Numbered from the stretch's first letter, positions 12,352 through 26,483 are shown. The stretch: DNA of 64,000 nucleotides from Eledone cirrhosa (GCA_964016885.1 OZ024742.1:172732001-172796000); one strand, 5' to 3'. Numbers and translations are program-made. Notes: generated by a model not told the origin, from the letters alone.

Positions 12352-15300
12352 TTCAAAATATTAACAAAAATAGAACTTCTTGTGATCAATTATATTTTAT
12401 TATACATATTACAGAGGTACTGAGCTAACTTCAACAGTACGTCCTTATCAGATAAAATAAGATGATGCATGACATACCCTGACATAGTAGATGGTTAAGA
12501 TCCAGTCATGGTAGTGACAAAACTCAATAAGTATATACCTTAAGATTGAGACATGAAAAACTTACATATAATACATATAATACAGAGGGTGCGTGTGAGG
12601 AAGCTTAAAAATACATAATAGCAATTTACATAATTGTTAGAGATTCAAAAAATTTAAATTATTGAAGAATGAGGAGAGAAAAATGAAAGAAAGAGAGAAA
12701 ACAGATGAGGGGATAATTTAGCTAGTATATAGAGCAAAAGTGAATTAATCAAGGAAAGAGAGACAAAGAGGAATCAGTCTTATAGTGTAAAACATGGGGA
12801 GGGATGAATTATATATATCTATACGGAACTATACATTTGGGCATAGCTTTGCTAAAGAGTAAACTCGAATCTTTGAATTATTGAATTATCTAGAAGTATT
12901 CATCAATCTAAATCTTAAATATAACTGGGTGTAATTATATGAAGGTAAAACACTGGGTGTAATTATACTCCAGTCCTTAGTTAATTATTTATATATACTA
13001 TGCAAAAGTATGCGGATGACCGTTAACTTTCAAATCATTTAAGTTAGTTAAGAGAAATGAATTAATCAAAGTATATAATATTTCAGGCTATAACAGTTTA
13101 TAAATATCTGTATTAATATTAAATTATACTATTTAATTTATAAAATCATATTTTATGAAATCATATTTAAACTGTTTGCCAACATGAGAAAGAAGAAATA
13201 ATATTTTCATCCTCACGAAGGTAATTCTTATTAAATTTTATTATATCCCGCCGATGTTAACTTTGCCTTTCATCCTTACGGGGTCGATAAAATAAAGTAC
13301 CAGTAATGTACTGGGCAATTGCAGGCCTTGTGCCTCAAGTAGAAACAATTATATTATATTTAATTATTTATATTATATTGAAAATAATTCACATTATATA
13401 ATTTATAAAATAATTACAGTTCTAATTTTGAAAATTAAGATTAACCATTGGAATGCCTAAAAGCATCTAAAGGCCTTACACTTAAACTTAAGAAAAGTTT
13501 ATTATTAAATTAGATATATGCATTTGTCTAAATATAAACAAACATTATATTGTCTAAAGATTAAGATGATACCTATCAGTTACATATAACAATACAATAA
13601 ATAAGTAAATGATAATATTGTTAAAAATGAAGGTTTTAGATCAATTATTATAATAGGATCATGTAATACATATGTACTATGAATATACAAGTCAAACTTC
13701 ATGAATCATAAGTATAAGAACCAGATTCAAAGTAAAAAAGTGAAATGTTTGCGATCTTAGAAGTGCCCAATATACAAGCTATATAGTTTAAAAATAAAAT
13801 AATTTTTTTTTTTATTTATATAGTAGTATATGCAAACATGAGAAAGAGAAAACCTAAGGATTTCATTGACCCGAAGGTAACCCAAATTAAATTAAATTAA
13901 ATTAAATATTTAGAAAATATTTAAGTACTGATAAATGTAACTAGAAGCATGTTATTATACTAGATATACAGATTTGTTCAAATATATATATATATAGAGA
14001 GTATTCCAGATATTAGTGATCGATATACATATAATAAATAATAAGTACAATCATTGTTAGTAATGTTATAATTGAAGTTTTACATCAAGTTAAGTGGAAA
14101 AAAAAAATTGTCGACTAGTATCATGTGTGATGTATATAACATAAATATATATAAATAAAAATATATAAATCAAACTTCCCGAATCGCAAAACCTACTCTA
14201 AATGAATAAATATTCCAAAACATAAATGCATGAATGATTTACGTTTGATTATAACTGTTAAGCATATATGCCATATATTTAAAAAATATACAAGAATCCC
14301 AATCTAAATTAAATATATCTAAAATGGTATGCACATTCATCAAGACATCATGTTAACAAATACTATGTTTATATACCTATACAGGACACTTTAATCTAAC
14401 ATTAATCATACCATAAATGAATTAAAAAAAAAAAAATTATTAAACTTTTATAATCTGTTATAACGTTTTAGATACACAGTTGATAAGATACGTCAAATAT
14501 TAGAACCTGTTTATTTAGTGTTTTTTCCTCACTTTTTGCGAGGCTTGGAATGTAGACAAAGCTTTATGTAAGCTGTTTGAGAATAATTCACGTTAAACAA
14601 TATAATCTTTGTTTATATTTAGACAAATGCATATATCTAATTTAATAATAAACTTTTTTAAGTTTAATTATAAGGCCTTTAGATGCTTTAAGTCATTCCA
14701 ATTGTTAATCTTAATTTTTGAAATTATAACTGTAATTATTTTATAAATTATATAATGTGAATTATTTTCAATATAATATAAATATTTAAATTTAATACAA
14801 TAACATTTAATAAGAATTACCTTCGTGAGGATGAAAATATTATTTCTTCTTTCTCATGTTTGCAAATAGTTTAAATATGATTACATGAAATATGATTTTA
14901 TGAATTAAATATGATAGTATACTTTAATATTAATACATATATTTATAAACATTTATAGCCTGAAATATTATACACTTTAATTAATTCATTACTAGGAACT
15001 AACTTAAATGATTTGAAAGTTAACGGTCAACCGCATACGTTTGGTTAGTATTTATAAATAATTAAATAAGGACTGGAAATTAACTTTCATATAAATACAC
15101 CCAGCTATATTTAAGATTTAGATTGATGAATACTTCGAGATAATTCAATAATTCAAAGATTCGAGTTTTCTCTTTCGTAAAGCTATGCCCAAACGTATAG
15201 TTCTGTATAGAAATATATAATTCATCCCTCCCTATGTGTTACACCATAAAGAAGATTCCGCTTTTTCTCTCTTTCCTTGATCAATTCTCTTTTGCGCTCT

Positions 15301-15795
15301 TTACTCCTACTAGCTATATTATCCCCTCATCTGTTTTCTCTCTGTCTTTCTTTTTTCTTTCCTCTATCTTCAATAATTTAAATTATTTGAATCTCTAACA
15401 GTTATGTAAATTGTTGTTATGTATGTTTAAGCTTTCTCACACGCACCCTCTGTATTATATGTAATATATGTACGTTTTTTCATGTCTCAATGTTAAGGTA
15501 TATGAATATTGAGTTTTGTCATATCTTACTCACTACCATGATTGGATCTTAATCCTCTACTATGTCAGGGTATGTCATGCATCATCTTATTTTATATGAT
15601 AAGGACGTACTGTTGAAGTTAGCTCAGTACCTCTGAAATATGTATAATAAAATATACTTGAACACAAGAAGTTCTATCTTTGTTAATACTTTGAATTAAT
15701 ATTAATAACTCCGGAAAACCATGCTGTTGAGTGCTTCCAATCTACTGTAAAACTCATTCTTTGATGTATACATTGAACCTTGTTTAACTTTTAAA
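12348..15795. mobile_element. Large fold-back PLE-derived insertion
   Basis: Arms 12348-13558 and 14594-15700 are diverged reverse complements. Extra tail 15701-15795 on the right arm only. HHR-like motif in each arm (12395-12460 minus; 15588-15654 plus: tattttat-ATGATAA..GAAA-TATGTA-TA-ataaaata). TA flanks. Confidence 0.9.
13245..13351 (+). mobile_element. 5'-truncated SINE inserted in the left arm of the fold-back
   Basis: SINE core and tail; absent from the matching position of the right arm (about 14790). Confidence 0.9.
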
Positions 15796-15920
15796 TATAT
15801 ATATATGTATATATTTATATGTTAATATATATATATAAGTGGTTACCCAACAGTTAGTTCACCATACTGAGAACAATTGTTTCACCATAGTCGATCCTCA
15901 GCTGGTAATGGACAATCGTT

Positions 15921-15970
<50 letters not shown>

Positions 15971-16262
15971 AATGTTTGTTTATTTGTAAGTTGACTGCTA
16001 ATAACACAAAATAAAATTGACGGTAATTAATGTTTTTCGTGTTTTCAACTAATCTGATCTTAATAGAAATCATTGTCAACTTCTTTTCTGAAAACAAAAT
16101 AAGGGTTGAATTGAGTGTCGAATGTATTGCTCTCTCACACTCGAGTACCCAGGTACTGTCGCACCCTTTGTCTTAGTATTTATATAGAGAGTGAAACACT
16201 TGTTCAGCTCTCACTCACACCATCTCCAAATTTCTAACTAACTAAAACGTTATGTGTGCAGA

Positions 16263-16343
<81 letters not shown>

Positions 16344-16344
16344 A

Positions 16345-16411
<67 letters not shown>

Positions 16412-16420
16412 TGTGATGAG

Positions 16421-16679
16421 GGAGACATATTTATACCTAGAATACCGCTAAAATTCGTTTCAGATGATTTCAATTGCCAGCGATAATCAGTTACGCAATG
16501 ACCATTAACAAATCCCAAGGTCAATACCTACAGGTTGTCGGTCCCCAGCGAGATGAGGGATGTTTCTCACATGACCAATCCTATGTAGATAATTCTAGAC
16601 TCGAAATAACCCACAGACTCTTTCTATATGCCCCAAAGAAAGAAATTAAAACATAGTAGTATATACTGAAGTTCTGTAA
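16421..16679 (+). pseudogene. Helitron RepHel (Pif1-like helicase) C-terminal relic
   Basis: DIFIPRIPL, YAMTINKSQGQ, CFSHDQSYV..SR, VYTEVL*. Confidence 0.85.
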
Positions 16680-16744
16680 ATGATTTATACGTTTCGTAGA
16701 ATACGTTATTCTGATATTTTTCTTACTATCATGTAGTGTGTATA

Positions 16745-17463
16745 TCTATATATACAAACTTATAGTCCCTGTCTGTTTGTTTGTCCGTTTGTCTGTTTGT
16801 TTGTTCGCGAACTTCTCCTATGGTTTTGGAGATAGACCCCCCATAACCATATATATTTTGAAACTATATTGCCCAGGGTAGTTGAATAAGTAACATTTCA
16901 TTTTAATGAAAGGGTTCCCCGCGGCCACAAAACACCGCTGAAAATCTTTTCCCTTCGATTTATCTGAAATTTAGACCATGGGTGAATGACAGCAAATTTC
17001 CTATTCACAACATTTCAGAAAATGTCAATAATATTAAGAGACCCTAATGGGGGTTTAACCTCCTATAGTGAAAGTTTGGGCCTATAAATTGAACAAGATG
17101 TGTTGTAACAAGAATATATATAAGGTTGTAATTCCTGTCTGTTTGTTTGTTTGTTCACGAACTCCTCCTATGGTTTTGGAAATAGACCCCATAACCTTAT
17201 ATATTCTGAAACTACATTGCCCAGGGTACTTGGGTATGTATATTTCATTTTAATCAAAGAGTTCCCCGGGGGCATAAATCCCCACTGAAAATTATTTTCC
17301 TTCGATATATATGAAATTTAAACCATAGGTAAATGACAGCAAATTTCAATAAAAGTAAGACAACCTAATGGAGTTTTTCTCCATAAAGTACATTACTAAT
17401 TTAAAATTCAATCATCATTTTCTTACAAAAAACATGTGTAAAACGCAGCAAAGCCTAGGCTAG
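16745..17463 (+). mobile_element. Non-autonomous Helitron-like element with internal tandem duplication
   Basis: 5' TCTATATATACAAA followed by (GTTT/GTCT)n; block 16760-17050 repeated at 17118-17372; ends in CTAG. Confidence 0.55.
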
Positions 17464-17499
17464 AAACAATTATTTCGTATTAGTTTCGGGACTCTGAAT

Positions 17500-18078
17500 T
17501 ATTCTTTCGTGGTATTTTCTTTAGTATTTTGTTGACCTGTCACCGTAAGATATACTCGGTTGATTACTACTAAGTCTTAAAATGGTCTCACTACAATTCC
17601 GTCCGACCTAGTAAACTTTTCTATAGTTTAGCAGTATCAGTGAGAGACTTGATGACTGTGGTTAGGGAATAATAACCAGAAATTGTTTTTTTAATATTTT
17701 TAACATTCTTGTATATATTTACTCCATATTGATTTACTTATTGTTTCGACTTCCTCCCCCTCCCCCTTCCTAGTATACTTGCTTGACCTCCTGCCCTGCT
17801 GTAGTTGACACTATCAACGCACGACTGGGTTTCTCCACTCCCTCTCCCTCTTTCTTTTACTGGCAGGTTCAGCTACCCCTTCCTTCCACAAATTGCCATG
17901 ATAGAATTATGTGTCTCAACAACAAACTTTTGACCAATCCTTGTGACAATCACTTTTACCATATATGGAATTAACCCCTGAGAAGCTCGGCTATTCATAT
18001 ACCAGGATAAACATTTTCATTTAGTCCAGAAGTAGCCGTCGAAACGGCTTGAGCTCAGCCGTCGGCGTCCTACTCGTT

Positions 18079-18080
<2 letters not shown>
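17500..18080 (+). mobile_element. pLTR-type repeat (family H) with degenerate HHR
   Basis: Homologous to 25860-26485. CTGAGAA-gctcggcta..tagccgtc-GAAA-CGGC-TT. Ends at (TA)n. Confidence 0.65.
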
Positions 18081-18116
<36 letters not shown>

Positions 18117-18485
18117 GATAGTGAGAGAGAAGGAGAGAGAGAATCAGCGTTGCTGCGACTGAGGGGACTATTTATCATGGGAATACTAAATAAATGAGGA
18201 GGTGGAGAGTATGTATAAATATATCAAAAATCCTGTCCATCGCGCCAAGTAGTTTCGGCTTTTCAAGACTGAAAGAGCCTTTATGCATGAGTTTTGTCAA
18301 AAGAGTAAGCGTAGTTATATTCCTATGTATGATATCGTACACCAGCACCTCTTTGATGTATATATACCCATGCTGCTTTTCACCATGCCTGCGCGTACTT
18401 ACTTATTTCAACATGATTGATGGAGTCATTCTTTACTTTTATCTGCGTACATACAGACGTGTTTAAAATCTCTGTTTTGTTTACG

Positions 18486-19473
18486 ATGCAGGAAAATATA
18501 AAACAACGGTTGGCGATCAGATTTTGTGTGAAATTCAATATATTAGCCACTCTATCAAGAAGTTAGCTTTGTAAGTAGCACAAGGCTTTCAAAGAAGGCC
18601 TAGAAAATGTTAAAATATGCCCCTCCTCCACTCGAAGATAAATCTAGTCAACAAATTAACAAAATGGGGTGCGTTGCAAGCGATGATGAAAGTTAACTGA
18701 CAGTTTTAGGATGATAACAGAAGGGACAGCCTCGTATAAAAAATGCAGTAAACAGATCTTTAACTGCCTATTTACATATGTGAAAATTAGTTGCCCAAAC
18801 TATAGCCCAAACATCTGTATTTGAACCAAAAAGCGAACCGGTTGGAAAATTGTCAGTCTTTGCTATAAAATTGTGCAATTGAGCCAGATGTATTGGATAA
18901 AGTAATAACAGGAATTGAATCGAGTACGATCCAGATACAAAAGTGGATAGGGAGGAGTGGAAACGAAGCAGGGTGAAAACGATAATTATCATTTTTTTTT
19001 CGACAGACGTATTTACAAAAAAAAAAAAGTTAATCGTACCTTCTGAAAAGAGGCTTTGAAAAGACTTAGAAAATGGGTCCAGTGAATCCGAAAGGACATT
19101 GCAGGAGATTGGGCACTGCACAACGATAACACGCTTGCTCACACAGCACTTTCAATTAGAGAATATACGGCAAAGAAAACTAAACTATTCATGCATACAA
19201 CCCAGATATAGTTCCATCTTCTTTCCATCTTCCCTAAATTGAAATCGAAGTTCTTTATTTTCGGAGTATGGAAAACACAAAAATATTACCAACGAAAAAA
19301 GGACACAGAGAAAATGAATTCTGTTACAGCTACAATTTCAAAAAATCCTTGAAACTAATGTGTGTCGTTCGAAGGGTCGTATTTTGAAAGAGATTACTAT
19401 TTGTAATTACTTGTACATCTAATATACATTTAAATTCGATGACGGTATACATAATGTTGGGTCTAACCTCGTA
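18486..19473 (+). mobile_element. Decayed Tc1/mariner transposon
   Basis: MQENIKQRLAIRFCVKF, KAFKEGLENV, EYDPDTK..EEW, VKTIIIIFF, WALHNDNTLAHTALSIREY (cf. HDNAPAH). Right end ..ACCTCG-TA. Confidence 0.85.
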
Positions 19474-19496
19474 TATATATATACATATATATGTAG

Positions 19497-19830
19497 TGAA
19501 AGAATGAAGAGTAACATGGTTGGCTGTACAACATGGGGCTTTATTTCAGGTATTGACAATTGTTTAATTGATCAGGTGAGTATATGGGTCGCTAATCGCT
19601 TGAAGTTGCGTCACTGGATCTCCATTACATCATTTAGTATTCTGATGTGTAAATCACAGGTAAATAATGTATTGGAGATCGAGTGACGCAACTTCAAGCG
19701 ATTAGCGACCTCTAGACTCACCTGATCAATAAAGCAACTGTTACTACCTGAAATAAAGCCCCTTGTACAGCCAACCATGTTACTCTTCATTCTTTCATTA
19801 TTATTACTCCAAGTATTATACTCCTGCATA
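19497..19830. mobile_element. Fold-back insertion
   Basis: Arms about 19497-19640 and 19660-19799 are reverse complements. The right arm continues with a TTACTCC tail. Confidence 0.75.
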
Positions 19831-19834
19831 GGAA

Positions 19835-20040
19835 TTACCGCGAACTCGCTGCCTGGTTGGTTTTCGCTTTTCGCTTCTGTGTCTTTTATATCGGTTAATT
19901 TAATTTATTCGGTCCTCAATGTTGCCATTGACTGACCAACGGTCAAAAATACAGATACAATTTGACACAAACACACATATATATAGTTTATCAAAGCTCT
20001 TTCGTTGCACATCTGCAACATCGTCAGTGGTGCTATTGTA
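19835..20040 (-). mobile_element. PLE pLTR fragment (family C) with HHR at 19989-20032
   Basis: cacca-CTGACGA-tgttgca gatg tgcaac-GAAA-GAGC-TT-tgata. Homologous to the pLTR of PLE3 (39049-39310). Confidence 0.8.
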
Positions 20041-20042
20041 TA

Positions 20043-20091
<49 letters not shown>

Positions 20092-20100
20092 ATATATATT

Positions 20101-20131
<31 letters not shown>

Positions 20132-20136
20132 ATATA

Positions 20137-20221
<85 letters not shown>

Positions 20222-22576
20222 ATCAGATACAAAGTATCAATATTTATACACGGGTTATGCGCGTTTCACGTTGAATCACCTATGGTACGAACGGTTATGA
20301 TCAGATCCGATTCTAGAATTAATAGCTCATCAGACATATTAATTACGGAATCCACATCTCTGATGAGCTATCAACTTCCAGAGTCGCCTCCGATGATTAC
20401 ATTTCATACCATGAATTGTTTTTTTGCGAAACGCGAATCACATGTCTATAAGCATAATGATGCTATATTAACAGTGGGTTCGTGTTTCTTAAGGATACCA
20501 ATATTGATGAAGTCCCTAACGCAGAATCCAATGTGGGAAGCCGGATCTACATCTTAGCAATGGCTGCTCAGCGGGTGATCCTCCACCGCAAACGTAAAAT
20601 ATTGTCTACAAAGCGATGTTCATATACAAGACTGTGAATGGGTGTGTATCTATCAGGATGTTTGCGCAGATACGTGTGTGCGTGACATATCTAATATATG
20701 CATGGTCATTTATCAATTAATATTTACAACAAAAATTAATTCTTACTTTCACAATTCCTATTAAAACTTCATGTTTACAAATGATTGTTCAACTGTTATG
20801 CACTCACTCAGACCCTTACACACACCTAAATAAACACTCAGACAAACATAGATGCATATATATATGCCTATATATATATGCATTTAAGAGTGTGTTGTGT
20901 GTTTGTCTCTATGTGTGTTTGTGTGTGCATGTATATATGTATATATAGTCATATATATATAATGAAGCATGTTCATACATGATAAGACACGCACACATAT
21001 ATATTAACATATTCATCGTGTTATGGTGTCCCACTCTCAGCTAAATGTGTGTCTGTCTCTTCTTCATTCACACCCTATCTTTATATTTTCTCTCTCGTCA
21101 TTCATATATTCTCGTTACAATAACCATCTCTTTAATCACACTTTCTCTTTCTTTCAACCACTCGTTAACACATGCACATGTTTCACTCTCACCTGCTCGT
21201 CATGCCTAATCCCACCTCATTCACACATTCGTATCCTCTACTTTATTCCTAATAATATTCATATCTGGTGATTGTGATGTAATTTCAGATACAAAAGTCA
21301 AACACAAATACACATACACACACGCGTAAACACACACACACACACTCTCTCTCACTCTCTCTCTTTCTATATATCTCTCTCTCTCTTTCTCTCTCTTTTT
21401 TTCTCTTTCTCTCACGCATACTCTCTCTTTCTATCTCCCTTACTTTGTTCATCATACATTCTAACATCTATTTGGGAATTAGACCAAGAAAAGAGTAAAA
21501 TGCTTGATCTCATATATTAACGATTCTGTTTAATTTTCCCTTCTTGATTTTATTCAAATAATTCTTTCTAATGTCTCCGTCACAAGCTTTTATATTTCCG
21601 ATATAATTCTACTATGTTAATATACCATTTAGCGAGAGGCGTCAATTTCTCTTAACAATGTTAGACTTACTACATATTCTATAAGCCTTGTTTATGTTTT
21701 AACATATTTGCTTAACCAGTTGTTTACGACGTTTTCGCCTCTTCGTAGAAGTATAAAGAAGACTTAGAATAGAAATTCAGGTTCAAATAGAAGGCAAATC
21801 ATACATACTGCATGGCCTTGAGAGTAAAATTATATATATATATATACTTATTCAATTAAAGAAAGTTGGTTGAACAAACATCTGCCGAGTTATTCTTAAA
21901 CAGATGTGAAGCACTCCGCCGTTTTTGTTCCTCAGGATTGTCCACGCAAGGTAACGTCCATGGATCTATACCTACCGGGTGTGACCTCTGTATTACAGAC
22001 ACTTTGCATATCATAAATAGTAGGCATAAAAGTATCACTCTGACATATTTAGTACTTGTTTTTATAAAATATATAAGACATTCCGCAGAATATACAGTTA
22101 AAACCTCCGTAAGTAATGTACAATAGATCATCATGTAATTAATAAACCATTCATAAATATATAGATTAATTGTAACATCACTATCAAAGTGTCAATATTT
22201 AAACTTAAAATCTAAGTAAGCAAAATCTAGTCCGGATATATAAAAAAGAACAAATTAACAGTACTTCCAGATGATTCTAAGATTCAAACGATTAATCTGG
22301 TATCGTGTTACACCAGCCAGCTTACAATCACCAATGCCAGCAACAATACTGTCTCCCACCAATAATAGAACTGCTCTAAGGGAAATCTAGCCATATGAGT
22401 TGTGATCGGGGAGGTTAATAACACGTCGGATTGGTAGCATATGAATGGAAAATAACATCTCGTTTTTCTGAAGAGATGGTTATTATATAACTACCTTACA
22501 TTTTCGAAATACGCATAACGAACAAAATAAATATGTACGATTAAAACCGCCTCTCAGATTATATATATATATATAT

Positions 22577-23031
22577 AAAATAAAGTTAAATAAAAAGTCA
22601 AATGTTTAAAATTTAGCTTCGTTTATTACTGCTATATATATTTCAGTGACAGCCATCTTTGGCTGTGACCTCTTCAGGCAGTCCAAATTAGTGTGGTATA
22701 GAAAAGTACATATGTTGTTGAGGTGTATAATTTTTGTCAATACTCTGATATGTCCAGTTCCTGGTTAGGTTGTTATTTCTCTGAGGAACTGGAATCATAT
22801 GATACATGTCTATACCACACTAATTCGGACTGCCTGAAGAGGTCACAGCCAAAGATTGCTGTCACTGAAATATATATAGCAATAATAAACGAAGCTAAAT
22901 TTTAAACATTTGACTTTTTATTTAACTTTATTTTACATTACTCCGGAGTAACCAAACCAATCTGCGCACTTCGTCGAGTGCTCCAGCCTGCATACTAAGG
23001 TGTTGGTATACAACCAACATATACTCAAAAT
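22577..23031. mobile_element. Fold-back pLTR insertion with tail
   Basis: Arms 22577-22701 and 22809-22934; tail 22935-23031; TA flanks. Confidence 0.9.
22628..22682 (-). ncRNA. Minimal type I hammerhead ribozyme, intact core
   Basis: actgc-CTGAAGA-ggtcacagcc aaagat ggctgtcact-GAAA-TATATA-TA-gcagt. Sister copy at 22829-22883 (plus). Confidence 0.85.
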
Positions 23032-23055
23032 CTCTCTCTCTATATATATATATAA

Positions 23056-23215
23056 TCATTGTTTCTACATTTGGCACAAGGCCAGCAAAATACCAAGTGC
23101 ATTACTGGTACTTTATTTTATCGACCTCGTAAGCATCAAAAGCAAAGTTAACTTCGGTGGGATTTGAACTCAGAATAGAAAGGGCCGTAACTCTACACGT
23201 CAAAGCATGGCATCC
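23056..23215 (-). mobile_element. tRNA-derived SINE
   Basis: Reverse complement of the SINE consensus. Confidence 0.85.
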
Positions 23216-23707
23216 ACCGGGGCTTACAGGGCAACGACAAGGAAAACAACAAAGGGAACATAGACAGTCCCAACTCCTTAGTAAACCTCTGGAAATCGCT
23301 ACGGTTTGGGTACATTAACGTTGTACCGTCCATAAGAGAGCAGGGTGGGACAAATTAACCCTTGAGGTAAATTACACAAATATAAACGAAAATATATCCC
23401 AAGTGTATCAACTGTCAAAGAAGTGAGGGGTCGGTGGGCGTGGCTTTATCCAATAGAGAAAAATATGTATAACAGTGAGAACTAGTAAAAGAGAAGAGAA
23501 TGATATGGAGTGTAGTCCAACATGTAGAGAGAGAAGAATAAGATTGAGGTGTAGAAGAGGTAAGAAAGGAAGATAGAGAAATACAGACCTGGTTGTGCAA
23601 TTTCTTCTATATGATAGCTTAAATACAAGCCCGCATGAATTCAAAATATGGAGTGTTCAGAACACTGGCAAAGGAAAATATCAACGGAAATACGGCCAGT
23701 CTCATCT

Positions 23708-23760
<53 letters not shown>

Positions 23761-23767
<7 letters not shown>

Positions 23768-24080
23768 CATTTGTTTTGAAAGGTTTTAGATATGAAGTCG
23801 TGTCAAAACAAATATTGTTATACTTGCGGAGGGTCATATTGGTGTAATATTATTGCAAGAAATAATAACAGAACACACTCATTGTTTGGTTGGATTGCAC
23901 TTCTGTATCTTTTATATCTCCATATTTAATATATTTGGTTATCAAAGTTTATCATTGATTGACCAACGGCTAAAAAGACAGATATAAATATATATATATA
24001 GTCTATCAAAGTTCTGTCGTTGCACATCTGCAACATCATCAGTGGTACTATTATTATGTTCCCTCCTATTGTATTGTATT
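23761..24080 (-). mobile_element. PLE pLTR plus tail (family C), degenerate HHR at 24004-24047
   Basis: Homologous to 39049-39310. Tail encodes MTLRKYNNICFDT. Confidence 0.8.
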
Positions 24081-24896
24081 GTCTGTGTGTGTGTGTGTGT
24101 CTGTGTATATATATATATATATGTATATATATATGTATATTAAACTTAAGCCAAAATCTCAGTGTTTGTGGCAGGGTGGCTATAATCGTCTAAAAACGTC
24201 GTGTTTAACTTATATAATTCCCCTTTAACCTATTAATACTTCCGTGGGTTTATAATGTATTAATATATATTATCCTTTTATTAATATGTTTAGGTATTAG
24301 AGACAGATTTATAAATTAATATTTATATAACAAATGATTGCAGAATACCTATATTCATATACATAAGCCTATAGATACATATACAAATTGTCCATTAATT
24401 ACAATTTTTTGCTCAATGAAGGAATGAACTAAATCCTTAATCAGAGCATTATATATTCAATAATAGGTACATTAAAGTAATTAAGACAAAATATTATATC
24501 AAAATACTTCGTGTTTCTTACATCAGTCTCGTCATGAAGATTCATCCCAATACTCTAATAATTTAGCCTATAGGATTATGAGATCAGGACTCTTCAGAGA
24601 ATCTTCTCATACCCGGAGAGATTCCAAGTCACTATCATAAGCGATGTCTTCTTCAAAAGGGAGAACTGCTACGTGGTATATAATTCATAAGAGAGGATGT
24701 AATAGATGGCAAGGGACAGGGTTACTAGAAATAGCAGTTTGTTTAAAGCTATTTAATTGCAGACCCATATCCATATATACACAAGCGAATAGAAGAGTTA
24801 TGTTATCATAATCCTATATGTGAAAAATCACGAAGTATTTTTAGGTTATATTTATCTTAGTTATGTTACGTCGCCATTATTCATTATATTTATATA

Positions 24897-25654
24897 TAGG
24901 GAGAGGAAAAAACTGTATATATTTTATATCATAATTCTTCAAACTTACAATTTTATATATAGCTCTGATTACCAATTATTTGCTAAATTAATTCTTTCAT
25001 TGAGCTACACCGTGGAAGGTAGCCACACTCATATATGTATCTGTGACTAATGTCTAAATATATACAAATATCCCTATGAATTTAATATATATTCCTGTAA
25101 GTTAGAGTACCACTTTAGGCAGTATCTGGCTGCGCTTTCTAACAACCAACCTAGTCGCCGTCTGGCAACCAATCACGATATTCTGCATTGACCACTAGCC
25201 ACATGATGATTCTTACCCATTTTGGAATTAATTTCTGGCTGGGATCAAGGTAGAAATTTTAATCCAAACTCGAGGTGTCTCTTTATGAGCTCCAAGTCTC
25301 GTGGATAAATCCAGGATCGGATATATCCGCAAAAAAGGAGCGAAACTGCCGGATGTCGGGACTAGAGGCATTTTGGTAAAGTTTATATGCATTTTTACTT
25401 CCAGCTTATATGTTCGACCTAACTCCATTTAGTTGATTATTTGTCTAGTCAATTTCTACGGGCTAAAAGGTATGACTAGATACATTTTATCTGGCTGTCC
25501 CTCGTTCAAAATAGCCTGTATTATTTGTCTATTATGTCTTTATAGTTACATTTTAAACTTATAGCCTCGTTTAAATGATTATTTATATGGTTGATTTGCA
25601 CGGACTAGGGAGAGGAAAAACTATATATTTTATCTAATAATTCTTCAAACTTAC

Positions 25655-25666
<12 letters not shown>
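24897..25666 (+). mobile_element. 709-nt non-coding unit with about 60-nt terminal direct repeats and one HHR (retrozyme-like)
   Basis: Direct repeats 24897-24960 and 25606-25666. HHR 25277-25362: gtctc-TTTATGA-gctcc..ggagc-GAAA-CTGCCGGATG-TC-gggac (core mutated). Confidence 0.65.
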
Positions 25667-25701
<35 letters not shown>

Positions 25702-25752
25702 ATATGTTACATTTGTATACATACATACACACACATACACACACACACACAA

Positions 25753-25845
<93 letters not shown>

Positions 25846-25859
25846 AACCTTTATTGTTT

Positions 25860-26483
25860 ATTTCGTGGTAGTCTCTTTAGTATTTTGGCCCCTTTTGTTG
25901 ACCGGTCACCGTATCATTTACGTACCTATACCTCTTAAAAGGGTCCTTGCCTAACTCGTCCCACCTAGTTCTTTTACTTATTTCGTTATTTCTTTATTTA
26001 TTTATTTCTTTACTTCTTTCTTTCTTTCTTTATTTTATTCTAGCCTAACAATAGCCTGAGACCTAGGTCGTAGAATTTAATTTACTTTACTTTTTCTTTA
26101 CACTTATTTGCTTTTCTTCACTCTCAGTATTTTTTCTTTCATATATATTTCTACCCCCATTGTTCTACCTACCGTTCCGACTTCCTCCCCCTCCCCCTCC
26201 CCTGTATTTTCTTTGACCTCATGCCCAGCTGTAGCTGGCACTACCAACGCTTGATTGGGTCTACTCCACCCCCTCCCCTCTTCCTCCTACTGGCAGGTTT
26301 AGCCACCATCTCCCCTACTAATTTGCAACCACAGAATTACTACTGATTTTTGACAATCACTTTGACCATATATGGAATTACCCCTTGAGAAGATCGGCTA
26401 TTTAAATACCAGGATAAATTTTCATTTAGTCCAGAATTAGCCGTCGAAACGGCTTGAGCTCAGCTGTTGGGGTCTTACTGGTT

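Noticed and set aside
19718-19765. HHR in the 19497-19830 fold-back
   Set aside because: CTGATCA..GAAA is present, but G8 is lost and no UH site or stem I pairing follows.
19919-20557. 212-aa ORF and the many other [16 protein letters not shown] ORFs
   Set aside because: Translations of (TA)n, (TG)n and (GA)n microsatellites; no coding signal.
22330-22385. GDSL/SGNH-like LLVGDSIVAG motif (minus strand)
   Set aside because: Short match bounded by a nearby upstream stop; no other SGNH blocks.
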